From positions 1-54,425 of IMG/VR virus record IMGVR_UViG_3300020043_000840: a stretch of 54,425 nucleotides of DNA; one strand, written 5' to 3'. Below the pieces are notes generated by a model. That model had not been told where the DNA came from, did no database searches, and saw nothing but the letters and a program-made list of their open reading frames with translations. The position numbers and the translations under genes were made by a program. Positions 32,101 through 41,579 of this stretch are shown one piece after another. The stretch's first letter is position 1. Every line of letters starts with the position of its first letter. The stretch is from a virus. Lineage: Duplodnaviria > Caudoviricetes.

Positions 32101-35100
32101 ATTGAAAGAAGATTTATAAATGAAAAACAAAAACCAAATAGACCAAAATTATTAGAAGCTACTCAAACAGTGTCTTCAAAGACACAAGCACCTAAGTTTG
32201 TTAAAGATATCTCTGCTCTTATTACTCCGGCTACTGTGCGTGGGTTTAGTCCACTTACTGAAAGGATTAAGAAGTTGTCGTTGAATTATGATAAACTTGT
32301 AAAGCAATATGCTAAAAAGAAAGACCCTAAAGTGCTTGCTAAGATAAAAGCTGCGGAGGCTCAAATATTAAACGATGCCAAGCAGGAGATTATTGATGCA
32401 GTAGCAAAGGTAGATGGTGTAGCTGTTCAATTTAAAGATACTAAACGTGGATTATGGGATAAGAAGTTTGAGCCATCATTTAATATGACTTTATCAATTA
32501 GTCCACAGGCGGATACTAAAAAAGTAAGTGATTTACTATTTGACTTTGCAGAAAAGTATTCTCAAGACTCATTTATATTAGAAACTGAATCTGAATTACA
32601 CGATGAATGGGTTAATGGCAATATAGCTATGCCTCTTACTGAACTTGATGAAAATAAATTACAAAATTATCCGCAAATTATTTATACATTTGCTGAACCA
32701 ATAACTGACGAACAAGTAGCAGACCTATCTATAGCGTTAGAAAATGGTGGTGTTGATGCATTTAATATAAATAATAATGAAATTAAAGTATCAGTAATTA
32801 CATTTCTTTCAGAAGAACAACAAAATAATTTAACTAAAGATGAACAATACAATGAAAAACTTAAAGACTTCCAATCAAAGTCAAGTGCAACCGCAAATGC
32901 AGTCGGGGAAATACTCGGAAGTAATGCAGTGGATGGACGAGATGTTGTCATCCAAAAATCTTCTTACCAAGGAGCAACCAACGAAGGCACCCAAGACCCA
33001 ACAAGGAAGTTCGATAGGAGTGACATTCTTAAAGCGTTCCAAGAATCAACCACAAAAGTAGAAAAACTTGCTGTTGAACTTGCTGATTTACGCCAAAAAG
33101 AAATAGACTTACAAAAAGAAGGCAAGAAATTATCTGCTGAAGACCAAACTAGATTTAACGAGTTACTTAAAAAAGTACAACCTGCTGTACAAGGTACATT
33201 TGAAGCAAATAAAAAACTTTACGAAGACGCTAAGACTGAGGTAGAAGGTATTGCACAAGATGCAATCGCTCAAGTTGACGCATCTATATCTCCATTCCCA
33301 ATTAAGCGTGCTGAGCGTGCATCTGTTAAAGCTATCAGATGGTATAATGCATTTACAGAAAAACTTGGTGATGGTTCACGTGTAAATATTGTAGTAGATA
33401 CTGACGCTAATGCTGACAAAGTATTTAAAATTATTGATGAGAAGTATCCGGGTGATAATGAAGTAAGAAGAATAACAGAGACTACAGACTTAGGTTACCC
33501 AAAAAGACTTATTGAAATTCGTACATCTAATGGTACCATTGCAGAAATTCAAGTGATTACTAATGAAGCATATTTAGCTAAAGATGGTATTCAAGGATTT
33601 ACCGGAGATAGCAAACAAAAAGCTACAGCTAAACAAAAATTAGATGCGGTACGTGCTCGTCTTGGTTGGAATATACCTGATGGTCTTGGGCATTATTTCT
33701 ATGAGATTCAAAGAGATACTAATGTAGACGAGAACTTAAGAGACGAGGCTGCAAGATTAAGCGACCTATACTATGATGCGTTTACTAATCCGAAATCTAC
33801 ACTTACTGAGTCATTTATGAGGGATGTAGAAACATTTAAAAAGAATGTAGATGCTGCTGACAAATCAGAATGGGACGTAGGTAATAATGGCAAGGCTCCT
33901 CAATCTTTAATAGATTATAAGCCAACTAAGGCTGTTGTAACTGCAGAAGTAGAGGAAGAGGTGTTTCAACCAATTACTGCGAAAGATGTAAAGACGGATG
34001 CATTTACAAAAGATAATGCTTTAGATTATGAAGAAGATGAAAGGGAGTCTGACAGTGGAAGAATAAGTACATACTTGTCATCTATAACTGTTGAAGCAAC
34101 AAATGCTGATGGAGACCCTATTGGAACTGTAACTAAATTAACAGACGAGGATAAAATATTCTATTTCACTGTTGAGGATTCAGAAGGAAATCAACTTAAC
34201 TTAGATGGATATGATACATTAGGAGAGGCTAAGAAGGCACTTGCTGATAGCTATAATAAGATTCAAAAGAAAGAATTTGATAAGGCTGCTAAAAAGAAAG
34301 CAAAAGCTGCAGAAAAAGCTGCTCAAAAAGTAGGGGGTATTATTGAAACAGTAGATGATTTACTTGCATTAGACCCTAATGATAAAACTACATTGCAAAA
34401 GAGCTCTGAATTTCTTGATAGAGCAATAAAAGATATTGACAAATTTGGTAAAGAAAATACAAGTTTTGGTATTGCATTACCTGTAGTTAAAAAAATTCTT
34501 CAAGCAATTAAGGTTTTAGTAGATGCAGGTATATCAATACAAGAAGCTATCAAGAGAGTGTCTGCAGATAACAATGTATCTCAAGATTCGGTAAAGGATA
34601 TTTTAAATATCACTCCTATTCAAAAAGAATATGATGCCTTAATGATTAAGGTAGATGAATTAATTGCTCGCCAAAAATCAAGAGGAGTTGACAACGCTAA
34701 GATTACAAGAAATGTAGATACATATATCCGTAACTCAGATGTTTATGACAATGCCAATGATGCTCAGAAGAAGATTATGGAGCGTGAGGGCAGAAGTAAA
34801 ATGGAGGCACCTGCAAGACGTTCTGTGTCAATGGGACGTGTATTGGGTGCTTTAAAAGATATTACGAATATCTCAAGACAAGAAAAGATGCAAGTCATCA
34901 AGCAGATAAGAGAGTTGTCAAGAGATGCTGCAAAAGATTTAGCTAATGAGATTAGAGACTTGGCTAAAGCAGGCAAGATTACAGTTAACCAAGCGGCTAA
35001 TGTTATAGCAAGATTTGGTAAAGTAAATATGCTAAATGAAGTGTCAGTGTCAAACTTTGTAGATTATATGTCTAAGGTATTTACTGATGCCGAGTATGTA

Positions 35101-38100
35101 AATAAAATTGAACAAGCTAAGAGTAGATTAAAAACTGCAAAGAAAAACATTGCTACTAAGATTGGTATTGCTGATGGATTAAACCTTTCATTACAGAAGT
35201 TATTCTCTATAAATCCAACGCTTATACCGGAGACTTCTCTTGATAAATATCTTGAGTTAGTAAATATGTTTGGTCAAAGGCAAGCTGTTCTTTCTCTTGA
35301 AGAGAAGTCGGAAGTAACTAAAGACGTTGATTCAATTCTTAATGAAATAAATGAAGAGCAATCAGTAGCAAACGAATTAGCTGATAGGTTTAATTATTTT
35401 GAAGGAAAAGTATTTGATGATGACGGTAATTTGAAATATGCTGACACTATCAATAAGATGGTTGAGGAAGAAGTTATTGATGAAAAAGAAGCAGAAATTA
35501 TGCGTAAGTATAAGTCTGACATTGCTCCTCAGGTAGGCAAAACAAAGATGACTGAGCAAGAAATTGCAGAAGAAAAAGCTGAGTTGTTAGAAGTTTTAGA
35601 TAAAACACAAGTTGAAACAAGTGGATTAGCTACTGCTGATGAACGTAAATTAGCTAATCGTCTGAAGGATTTATTGTCAACAAGTGCTGTTAAAGAATTA
35701 AACAATACAGATTTAAAGAACTTAATAAAAGTTATTGATAACATAAATAATAACTATTTACCTCATTATGCATACTTGATGGTAAAGAAATTAAATTCAA
35801 AGAATAATGCAAAGACTTTAACATCTGCAATTAAAAGTGCTGTTGTTGCCAAGTTATCAGGTCTTTATTCAAGAGTAAAATCTTTGATTACAAGAAGAGG
35901 AGCAATAGAGGAAATGATAAGGAGAAATCCATTATTTAATATAGACCAATTATTTGGAAACTATAAAACAAAAGATATATTTAATTCTATTTTAAGTAAA
36001 GCGGCTGAAGGTGAGGCTAAGTTTAAAGCAGAACTTAAAAAAATTCAAAACATATTAGAGAAGGCAGAAGAAAAAGTTGCTAAGTCATTTAAACTTGACC
36101 CAAATAAAACGTTAATGTCTAAGTTTAAAATGATGACTTATATGGTTCAGCTTGAGAATGACTCTAACCAAGGTAGCAAGCAAGTTAATCCTGCATCTGA
36201 GTATTTAAAGGCAACTATCAAGCACATTGACGAAGGTAAATCTGCTTTTGGAGAACGTGATTCAGATATGTTGCAAGAGATACTTGACAAGTACTCTGAC
36301 GCAGATGGCAATATTGATAATCAAAAGTTATACGATTCATTTAATCAAGCAGAAAAAGATGCAATTAATGACATACGTGGCGTGAACGAATCACTTAGAG
36401 AGAAAGCCGAATATACTGCAGCAATTATTCGTGGAGATAGGATTAATCCACTTACAAACTATGTGCATTTAAACGTGCTTCAGGATAATCAACCAAACGA
36501 TTTAACTGCAGGAACTGCTTTCATTACTGAATATAATAATTCAATGAGACCATCTACAAGAGCTAAGTCATTGATAGCAAGAACGGGCAAAGTAAGTCCA
36601 TTGAACTTTGATATATTTGCATCTGCTCAACGTGGTGCCAAGTTTGTATTGATGGATTATAATTTAACAGAGCCTATTCAAACTGCTCGTCAAACTATTA
36701 ATGAAACAATAGCAAACTTTGAAGAAGAAGGTAGAATACCTAAAGAAAAAAGACAGATTATCAATGCAATCAATTCTGCATTAGAAGAAACTACCGAGAA
36801 TTTATTGACTAATTCTTTTGTGACTACTTCTATAGCCGATGATGCTGTTGATTATATTAATAAACAAGGTTATCGTGCTGTTCTTGCGGGTACATCAAGA
36901 TTTGTTTCAGAGTTAAGTTCAAACATTGGATTTGCTGTTATATCAGACCCTCAAGCATTAAACACAGGAATAGAAAATAGAGGTATCGTAATGTCTACTG
37001 AAGCTCCTGTTATTATGGAGAATGTGAATAGCAAGCAAACAAGTAGAATATTCCCTACAGATACTTTATCAGGCAAGATGATTGACACTAATATACTTCA
37101 ACAAACAGGTGGTATTAAAGGCGGAAAATCAAAGAACCCTGTTGCAAATAAGACTCAACAGATTTGGAATTTATCAGGAAAGAAATATACTAATATAGTT
37201 GAATTGATAGCTGACAGTTTAATATCTACACCGGATAAATTAATTATGCGTCCAATGTGGTTTGGTTCATTTGCTAATCATTTTAAAAGTATTACAGGTG
37301 AAAATGTAGACTTTGAGAAGATTGCAGCGAATGATGAAACTTATATGGAAGAGAATAAAGAAGCCATCGATAAAGCAAAGGACTATGCTGATGAAAGGTC
37401 TGTAATGGTTGGAGCTACTGATAATGCATTTATGGGAATCCTTAAGGGTTCAGTTAAACCTAATCAAAGTGTATCATTAAGAGCGTTTAACAACTTCAAT
37501 AACTTTATGACTAAGTTCTTGATTTTTGAATTTGTCACTGCTCGTACAGCTATCAACGCAGCAATGGGTAATGGGTCTTTAAGTAGAAAGCAAGGAGCTG
37601 CAGTACTTGGTGCTGTTACTACAAGAATGATTACTTATGGATTAATTACTCAAATGTTGGGTTCAGGTCTTATGGGATTATTCTTTGATGACCAAGAACC
37701 TGAAGATGATAAGTCATTTTTGCAAAAAGTTGGACAACAAATGACATCTGCATTTACATCATTGATATTTGGTAGAGATTTTGGCAATGCAACCAAGGCA
37801 ATAGTAAACTATGGTTTAGAAAAAGGCAATGAAAAGTATCTTGATTTCTTAAGAGAGGGAGAATACGACCCGTATAAAGATGCTATTCAATACACAATTG
37901 TACCTCCTGAAAAGAAAGGGAAAGAAAGAGATTTATCTGATTTCTTATTGAATATGGGTGGGGCATTTGGTCCTTCATTGAAAACTGCAGATTTAATTGT
38001 TCGTAAAGCTCTAGGAGCTGAGAAGAAAACAGAAGATGCTATTTCAAGAAGCGAAGAAGAAAACTATGTTCGTATCCCATTAGAGATATTAGGTAATGCA

Positions 38101-38514
38101 GGATTCATTCCTTTATATAAAGATATTCGTAAAGCTGTAATGAAATCAATATACAGCAGCCTTGAAAGCTCAGGTAAATCAACTAATAAAAGTTCAAGAA
38201 AAGGAATATCAGGTGGAGAAAGTAGTTCATCAAAATTACAAGGATACGAAAGCCAATCTGATATGAAGCGTTATAACCCTGAACTTTGGGATAGAACATA
38301 TGGTCCTAATGCTCCTGACTATGATGAAGAGCAAGCTAAGAAAGCAATTAAAAAAACTAAAGATAGTTTAGAAAGAGCGATGAAGGATGAGATGTACGAC
38401 TATATTCCTAAAGCTAAAGGAGGATTTGGTTCATCAGGATTTGGCTCGGGAGGTTTTGGAGGAAAGCAAAGTAGGAGCAAGGGAGGATTTGGGACAGCAA
38501 AATTTGGTCAGTAA
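29173..38514 (+). CDS. Giant internal virion (polyvalent) protein with RelA/SpoT-like domain
   Basis: 3113 aa, Cys-free, G/A-rich membrane-like N-terminal region, GGTEEMTTEVLQQ motif, RSH-like motifs at about 33290-33710, last gene of the + strand arm. Confidence 0.7.
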   Translation: MPDLKQVLKDFVATSNSGKYTDDATLLSKFPELKGYDINTLKDFVATSNSGRYPNENDLFLQFPEFGLGVKKKVATASSSGSGSSASQKQDEGILDYIGNVASTIGEEVSSAASAAKEGVVAAAEYVGEGIKEGYQYAGNVAAGINKGLLKVGSESVKGLGTFLQWGVGKDALNTSIVDFGNYLSKEIDEITPQDEKFKGSVSDQFSQALGNVAGLIATGGTSKAISLAGKAPSALQMAELAAQVAPKTAGVAATALKTVGSQIASPVGIVGGLQMGQSEFERAKAAGATDKQAYDVFLKNAVVGSALEAIPVTGFLKRFEKASEGGVTNYLKTKAIGGLVGGTEEMTTEVLQQLYANKTAKDIYNTNQNLFEGVGESGGLGFGVGFLLNAMGANAKILKKEGKTQEAAVVEKQAEEFREQMKNGGPSSYTISGIKVNPDVAVPFIQNLSGADLANANIQIVNNPELNNQVQQKIVTHSVREQVRQANPELNEPSLNAIADLEIQLRALDGNTTQTGKDKAAAIRTQIKNIQENQLQEEAVALTKEESVNKLIKIFVPKIEDPNFEITNWDKNLVSQIKDNPIQFIDSLLDLNKREIEANPQGANVGLLNNLTKKLEEAKKDYLNAEAAQAVQPTQAVQPAQPTQPAQVTAEPTIVVHSPVNGFGLQYSENVAQENITAPQDPRGMVTEEQQSELNRGKSIINEDTTLENGDKKVSILSEAYDAFGRKGVSVFDFVIPSNNQSTADGVKLIIEEVRKENLFTDLSPNELINQTVSKVKEYLDSNKTNTQQNAIQEQTTNEGLLLSQAAKLGLQQMGEGNIQPQVTTTRTQEVAPTQPQEVVNINIKNIVDEEGNINTYSLKAAVVDSPALINVNKNTIENTVGYLRQIADKVNDKELNDTVTYLEDASNMLLSIKNMEEGKRNEFLSNQENFYSDKKPPSEVLKRLNDWAKVLKGNTAKNNAERLLKEQYQQVLAEIERRFINEKQKPNRPKLLEATQTVSSKTQAPKFVKDISALITPATVRGFSPLTERIKKLSLNYDKLVKQYAKKKDPKVLAKIKAAEAQILNDAKQEIIDAVAKVDGVAVQFKDTKRGLWDKKFEPSFNMTLSISPQADTKKVSDLLFDFAEKYSQDSFILETESELHDEWVNGNIAMPLTELDENKLQNYPQIIYTFAEPITDEQVADLSIALENGGVDAFNINNNEIKVSVITFLSEEQQNNLTKDEQYNEKLKDFQSKSSATANAVGEILGSNAVDGRDVVIQKSSYQGATNEGTQDPTRKFDRSDILKAFQESTTKVEKLAVELADLRQKEIDLQKEGKKLSAEDQTRFNELLKKVQPAVQGTFEANKKLYEDAKTEVEGIAQDAIAQVDASISPFPIKRAERASVKAIRWYNAFTEKLGDGSRVNIVVDTDANADKVFKIIDEKYPGDNEVRRITETTDLGYPKRLIEIRTSNGTIAEIQVITNEAYLAKDGIQGFTGDSKQKATAKQKLDAVRARLGWNIPDGLGHYFYEIQRDTNVDENLRDEAARLSDLYYDAFTNPKSTLTESFMRDVETFKKNVDAADKSEWDVGNNGKAPQSLIDYKPTKAVVTAEVEEEVFQPITAKDVKTDAFTKDNALDYEEDERESDSGRISTYLSSITVEATNADGDPIGTVTKLTDEDKIFYFTVEDSEGNQLNLDGYDTLGEAKKALADSYNKIQKKEFDKAAKKKAKAAEKAAQKVGGIIETVDDLLALDPNDKTTLQKSSEFLDRAIKDIDKFGKENTSFGIALPVVKKILQAIKVLVDAGISIQEAIKRVSADNNVSQDSVKDILNITPIQKEYDALMIKVDELIARQKSRGVDNAKITRNVDTYIRNSDVYDNANDAQKKIMEREGRSKMEAPARRSVSMGRVLGALKDITNISRQEKMQVIKQIRELSRDAAKDLANEIRDLAKAGKITVNQAANVIARFGKVNMLNEVSVSNFVDYMSKVFTDAEYVNKIEQAKSRLKTAKKNIATKIGIADGLNLSLQKLFSINPTLIPETSLDKYLELVNMFGQRQAVLSLEEKSEVTKDVDSILNEINEEQSVANELADRFNYFEGKVFDDDGNLKYADTINKMVEEEVIDEKEAEIMRKYKSDIAPQVGKTKMTEQEIAEEKAELLEVLDKTQVETSGLATADERKLANRLKDLLSTSAVKELNNTDLKNLIKVIDNINNNYLPHYAYLMVKKLNSKNNAKTLTSAIKSAVVAKLSGLYSRVKSLITRRGAIEEMIRRNPLFNIDQLFGNYKTKDIFNSILSKAAEGEAKFKAELKKIQNILEKAEEKVAKSFKLDPNKTLMSKFKMMTYMVQLENDSNQGSKQVNPASEYLKATIKHIDEGKSAFGERDSDMLQEILDKYSDADGNIDNQKLYDSFNQAEKDAINDIRGVNESLREKAEYTAAIIRGDRINPLTNYVHLNVLQDNQPNDLTAGTAFITEYNNSMRPSTRAKSLIARTGKVSPLNFDIFASAQRGAKFVLMDYNLTEPIQTARQTINETIANFEEEGRIPKEKRQIINAINSALEETTENLLTNSFVTTSIADDAVDYINKQGYRAVLAGTSRFVSELSSNIGFAVISDPQALNTGIENRGIVMSTEAPVIMENVNSKQTSRIFPTDTLSGKMIDTNILQQTGGIKGGKSKNPVANKTQQIWNLSGKKYTNIVELIADSLISTPDKLIMRPMWFGSFANHFKSITGENVDFEKIAANDETYMEENKEAIDKAKDYADERSVMVGATDNAFMGILKGSVKPNQSVSLRAFNNFNNFMTKFLIFEFVTARTAINAAMGNGSLSRKQGAAVLGAVTTRMITYGLITQMLGSGLMGLFFDDQEPEDDKSFLQKVGQQMTSAFTSLIFGRDFGNATKAIVNYGLEKGNEKYLDFLREGEYDPYKDAIQYTIVPPEKKGKERDLSDFLLNMGGAFGPSLKTADLIVRKALGAEKKTEDAISRSEEENYVRIPLEILGNAGFIPLYKDIRKAVMKSIYSSLESSGKSTNKSSRKGISGGESSSSKLQGYESQSDMKRYNPELWDRTYGPNAPDYDEEQAKKAIKKTKDSLERAMKDEMYDYIPKAKGGFGSSGFGSGGFGGKQSRSKGGFGTAKFGQ
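31544..31693 (+). CDS. Candidate overprinted 49-aa basic protein nested in the giant gene (alternative frame)
   Basis: MPFKNKQQMKACYSAKQQNWDCSKWAKETSNLKSLPQGPKKSLLRNRKK*; A-rich leader AAATAAAACAAACACTCAACAAA-ATG. Confidence 0.5.
   Translation: MPFKNKQQMKACYSAKQQNWDCSKWAKETSNLKSLPQGPKKSLLRNRKK
32170..32185. repeat. 16-bp palindromic motif copy (GTGTCTTCAAAGACAC) inside the giant gene
   Basis: Read directly; encodes VSSKT. Confidence 0.85.
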
Positions 38515-38928
38515 TTAAACATACCTAATATACTTAAGCTCCTTCTGTTTATCATAATAAACCATCATCTCAGCATCATTAACTGCACCATCACGGGGAG
38601 TTCGACCTCCCCATTTAATCTCTCCTTGTAGTTTATTGGCTTTGCCATAGATGATGCCATCCTCGCAAGCCCATATCAATACGGGTGCCAATCTTTTGTC
38701 AATTAACTTGACCAATTTCTTTGCAGATATAGGAAGCGGATACGCTGAACGCATAGTTCTAATGCGACCCTTAACTTCAACGTAGGCTATTAGATTCTTA
38801 TCTTTATCAAATACTTTATAGTCTATGTCGTGTGGGTCTAGTTTCTTATATGACCCGCCAAAAATGCTAACAAATAGTTCAATTGCTTTCTTCTCTCTGA
38901 TTAAGTCTATCTCTGTTTCAAAAGTCAT
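38515..38928 (-). CDS. PD-(D/E)XK nuclease-like protein
   Basis: IDY...AYVEVKGR motif. Confidence 0.6.
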   Translation of the reverse strand: MTFETEIDLIREKKAIELFVSIFGGSYKKLDPHDIDYKVFDKDKNLIAYVEVKGRIRTMRSAYPLPISAKKLVKLIDKRLAPVLIWACEDGIIYGKANKLQGEIKWGGRTPRDGAVNDAEMMVYYDKQKELKYIRYV

Positions 38929-39112
38929 CGTCTTCCATTGATTTTAATATTAGTCGTAAGTCTACGATAAGATTCCTAATGTCTTGTTCTGCAGGCACAA
39001 AGTCCCTGTCCACAAGATTTTCGTAGATATTTGCTAAAAGCAGATGCTGCTCATTAATTCTAAAGGCTATCCGCTCTGCTCGAGCGTTTTCACCATTCAA
39101 GTTCTTGTCCAT
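38918..39112 (-). CDS. Hypothetical protein
   Basis: 64-aa ORF overlapping both neighbours. Confidence 0.6.
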   Translation of the reverse strand: MDKNLNGENARAERIAFRINEQHLLLANIYENLVDRDFVPAEQDIRNLIVDLRLILKSMEDDDF

Positions 39113-39575
39113 AGTCAGTTAGTCCGTTAAACATTAAGTTAATTTGCCTAAGCACGAAAGACTCTTTCCCTTTTGGTGTACGACTATCTATAAACTCAAT
39201 TATATTCTTAAGTCTTTTATGCTTTTGAGCCTCTTTTAATAAGGCGTTTCTATCCAAAATTAATGAATCTAATTGATTTAGCAATTGTTCTTTATTTGAC
39301 GTCTTCATTTCACTTGTCTTATCTGACATAAAAGCATCTTTGCAGGCAAAGTATTTATCAGCAAACATCTCATCAGTATCTAATAAGTCATTAGCTCCAT
39401 TCCTATAATGGATGATACTTGAATGGTGTTTTTTGATAGCCCTTCCTAATCTGCTTATTCCATATCCCCTGTCATTTAATATCTTAGAAAATACCATTCT
39501 GCCGTCTACATATATTCGTTCATTAGTTTTCTTGGTTATATCTACGTTCATAATATTTTTTATAATATCAATCAT
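39090..39575 (-). CDS. DnaA C-terminal (domain IV)-like HTH protein
   Basis: R..VDGRMVF..IL...ISRLGRAIKKHHSSIIH resembles DnaA R...AM..L..IG..F.RDH.TV.H. Confidence 0.6.
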   Translation of the reverse strand: MIDIIKNIMNVDITKKTNERIYVDGRMVFSKILNDRGYGISRLGRAIKKHHSSIIHYRNGANDLLDTDEMFADKYFACKDAFMSDKTSEMKTSNKEQLLNQLDSLILDRNALLKEAQKHKRLKNIIEFIDSRTPKGKESFVLRQINLMFNGLTDYGQELEW

Positions 39576-39612
39576 CTCTTCTATTTCTTTTCTTTCTTGC
39601 TTTTTATTTGAT

Positions 39613-39855
39613 TTAATTTCCTTTAAATACTTCCACTTTCACTCCGTGGTTTTCCAATTCCTTCTTCCTAAACTCCTGTAGTTTAGACATCTTTCCATCC
39701 GGTTTCTTAACTTCTATAAATAGAACGTCAGAATTTGGCGGGATAGCTATTAAGTCAGGGATTCCGTTCTTGTTTGTGTTAATTAATTTTATCACGTAAT
39801 ATCCCTGAGCTTCTAATTCCTTAATTTTTTTTGCTTGTATCTGTTGTTCTTTCAT
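39613..39855 (-). CDS. VRR-NUC domain nuclease
   Basis: E..IQ, GIPDL, FIEVKKPDGKMSKLQ. Confidence 0.85.
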   Translation of the reverse strand: MKEQQIQAKKIKELEAQGYYVIKLINTNKNGIPDLIAIPPNSDVLFIEVKKPDGKMSKLQEFRKKELENHGVKVEVFKGN

Positions 39856-40147
39856 TTGTTTGTTTTAGCAACTCTTTAATTGACATATTTACGTGAGTGC
39901 ACTCTTCAATAAAATCAACTAACTTACCAATATCTTCTTTGCTAAATGCAAATCTATTGGCTAAGAAGAACTCATAAGGCATACAACTTTCATCAAGGTC
40001 AATCTCGTCTAGCTGAACAGCTAAAGTTTTCTGTGGGAGAACCACTAACGTGAATATCACCGTATACTCCTGACCTTCGGTCAACCATTTCGTTGGCGGC
40101 ACTTTGCTCGGACGGTTTTTGGCGTCTATGCATATGCATTTTATCAT
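39821..40147 (-). CDS. Hypothetical protein
   Basis: 108-aa ORF (KCICID...LTEGQEYTV...RF). Confidence 0.65.
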   Translation of the reverse strand: MIKCICIDAKNRPSKVPPTKWLTEGQEYTVIFTLVVLPQKTLAVQLDEIDLDESCMPYEFFLANRFAFSKEDIGKLVDFIEECTHVNMSIKELLKQTNERTTDTSKKN

Positions 40148-40153
40148 ATTAAA

Positions 40154-40585
40154 TTAAATTTTTTTTGACCAATAAAGCATCTCTTTACCTCCATAAGCAT
40201 ACTCGGGGAAGTAAAACTTAAACCCCTTTGCTATCAAGTTATTTATGCTTGGATAATTATCTTTAGTGGCATAAGTTATAGCTATATAACAACCTTTTTC
40301 TTTTGCCGCTTTTATTCTCGTACTTATGAGTCTTTTCTGAACTCCCTTTCCTCTATAAGATTTCTTAACCCAAGCCCTTATAAATATGCAAATCCCCTGC
40401 GAATATATTGAACCACAATATGCACCTATCTTACCCTTTTTATCTAAAAGCACCCACCATTCTCTGTTTTCTTGGAACTCATTATTGCAACCATAGAAGA
40501 TATTCTTATCCATTACTTGTAATAATTCGTACAGTGGTTCATTAATCACAGTACCAAAACTAAATATCTTCTTAGCCCTAAGCAT
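40154..40585 (-). CDS. GNAT acetyltransferase
   Basis: V..SYRGKGVQKRLI (motif A), N.PS.NNL...GF. Confidence 0.85.
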   Translation of the reverse strand: MLRAKKIFSFGTVINEPLYELLQVMDKNIFYGCNNEFQENREWWVLLDKKGKIGAYCGSIYSQGICIFIRAWVKKSYRGKGVQKRLISTRIKAAKEKGCYIAITYATKDNYPSINNLIAKGFKFYFPEYAYGGKEMLYWSKKI

Positions 40586-40588
40586 TGG

Positions 40589-41560
40589 TTAGTGAATTTT
40601 ATTATTGATTATTCTTTTATTAATAACCTCAAACTCACCATTACTTTCAACTAGGATATGAGCAAATCCTAAATTATGCTTTGTATTATGTGGGTCGTAG
40701 TCAGGTGCAAGTGTACATAGGCATCCTGTACTCCAACAAGATATAGGCTCCTCTTTTATATTGGTTTCAGAATGGTTACTTGTTGAGTGAACGTGTCCTA
40801 TAATCATTGAACTTTTTGATTTCACAAATACTCCTCTTGCAGCATTAACGGGTGCCATAAATCCACGCATAATTGTATGACCGTGTAGCATATGTAATTT
40901 GCCTGCTCTTAATACAATGTTTTGCTCATAAAAATCTACGCCATATTTTTTTAAGTCAAGTCTCTGCGGAAGTCTAAAATAGTCGTCATTAAAAAGCATT
41001 GGTGCTTTCTTCATTAGGTACCTTACATACCAATTGTCGTGATTGCCCTCTATCCAAACAATATGTGCTTTAGGAAACTTTGTTCTTAAGTGGCTTAAAA
41101 ATATTTGACAATACTCAAACCATTCTACAACATCATCTGCTGATGGGGGTGGTGCATCGTGATTGGTAAACGGAGTATTATCTAACACATCGCCTCCTAA
41201 TACTATGCAATTAATTTTATTCTTAACCCCATAATCAATAGCCAATTTTAAAGCCTCATTATCTTGATTGGGTATGTGGATGTCGCTCATCCAAAGAATA
41301 TTATTACTGCTTACAGGCAAATCAACAAACTCCCTATTTGTCATTCTGCTTGGTGGCAAGTCAGGAGTGTGAGGTATGTTTATTTTTTTTGAAGACCATA
41401 TTCCATTTGCATTTGTTACCCTTCTTATTCTTGTTCTTACAGCTTCTACAGTCGCAAATATGTGAGCGTGGTCATTATATAATTTTACAGCAATTGAGCT
41501 TTTACTTATAGAAGGAAACTTAGTTAAATACTCTAAAGCCAATTGGTCTCTTATTTTCAT
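40589..41560 (-). CDS. Calcineurin-like metallophosphoesterase
   Basis: SDIH, GGDVLD, GNHD, HGH, GHVH motifs. Confidence 0.9.
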   Translation of the reverse strand: MKIRDQLALEYLTKFPSISKSSIAVKLYNDHAHIFATVEAVRTRIRRVTNANGIWSSKKINIPHTPDLPPSRMTNREFVDLPVSSNNILWMSDIHIPNQDNEALKLAIDYGVKNKINCIVLGGDVLDNTPFTNHDAPPPSADDVVEWFEYCQIFLSHLRTKFPKAHIVWIEGNHDNWYVRYLMKKAPMLFNDDYFRLPQRLDLKKYGVDFYEQNIVLRAGKLHMLHGHTIMRGFMAPVNAARGVFVKSKSSMIIGHVHSTSNHSETNIKEEPISCWSTGCLCTLAPDYDPHNTKHNLGFAHILVESNGEFEVINKRIINNKIH

Positions 41561-41564
41561 ATTA

Positions 41565-41572
41565 CAAAATTA
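41565..41572 (-). promoter_or_regulatory. -7 promoter box TAATTTTG
   Basis: TAnnTTTG on the - strand, 4 nt before ATG 41560. Confidence 0.45.
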
Positions 41573-41579
41573 ATGTTTA

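Noticed and set aside
29173-38514. Virion RNA polymerase as in crAss-like or N4-like phages
   Set aside because: No DxDxD (DFDID-type) catalytic motif or single-subunit RNAP motifs seen in the translation
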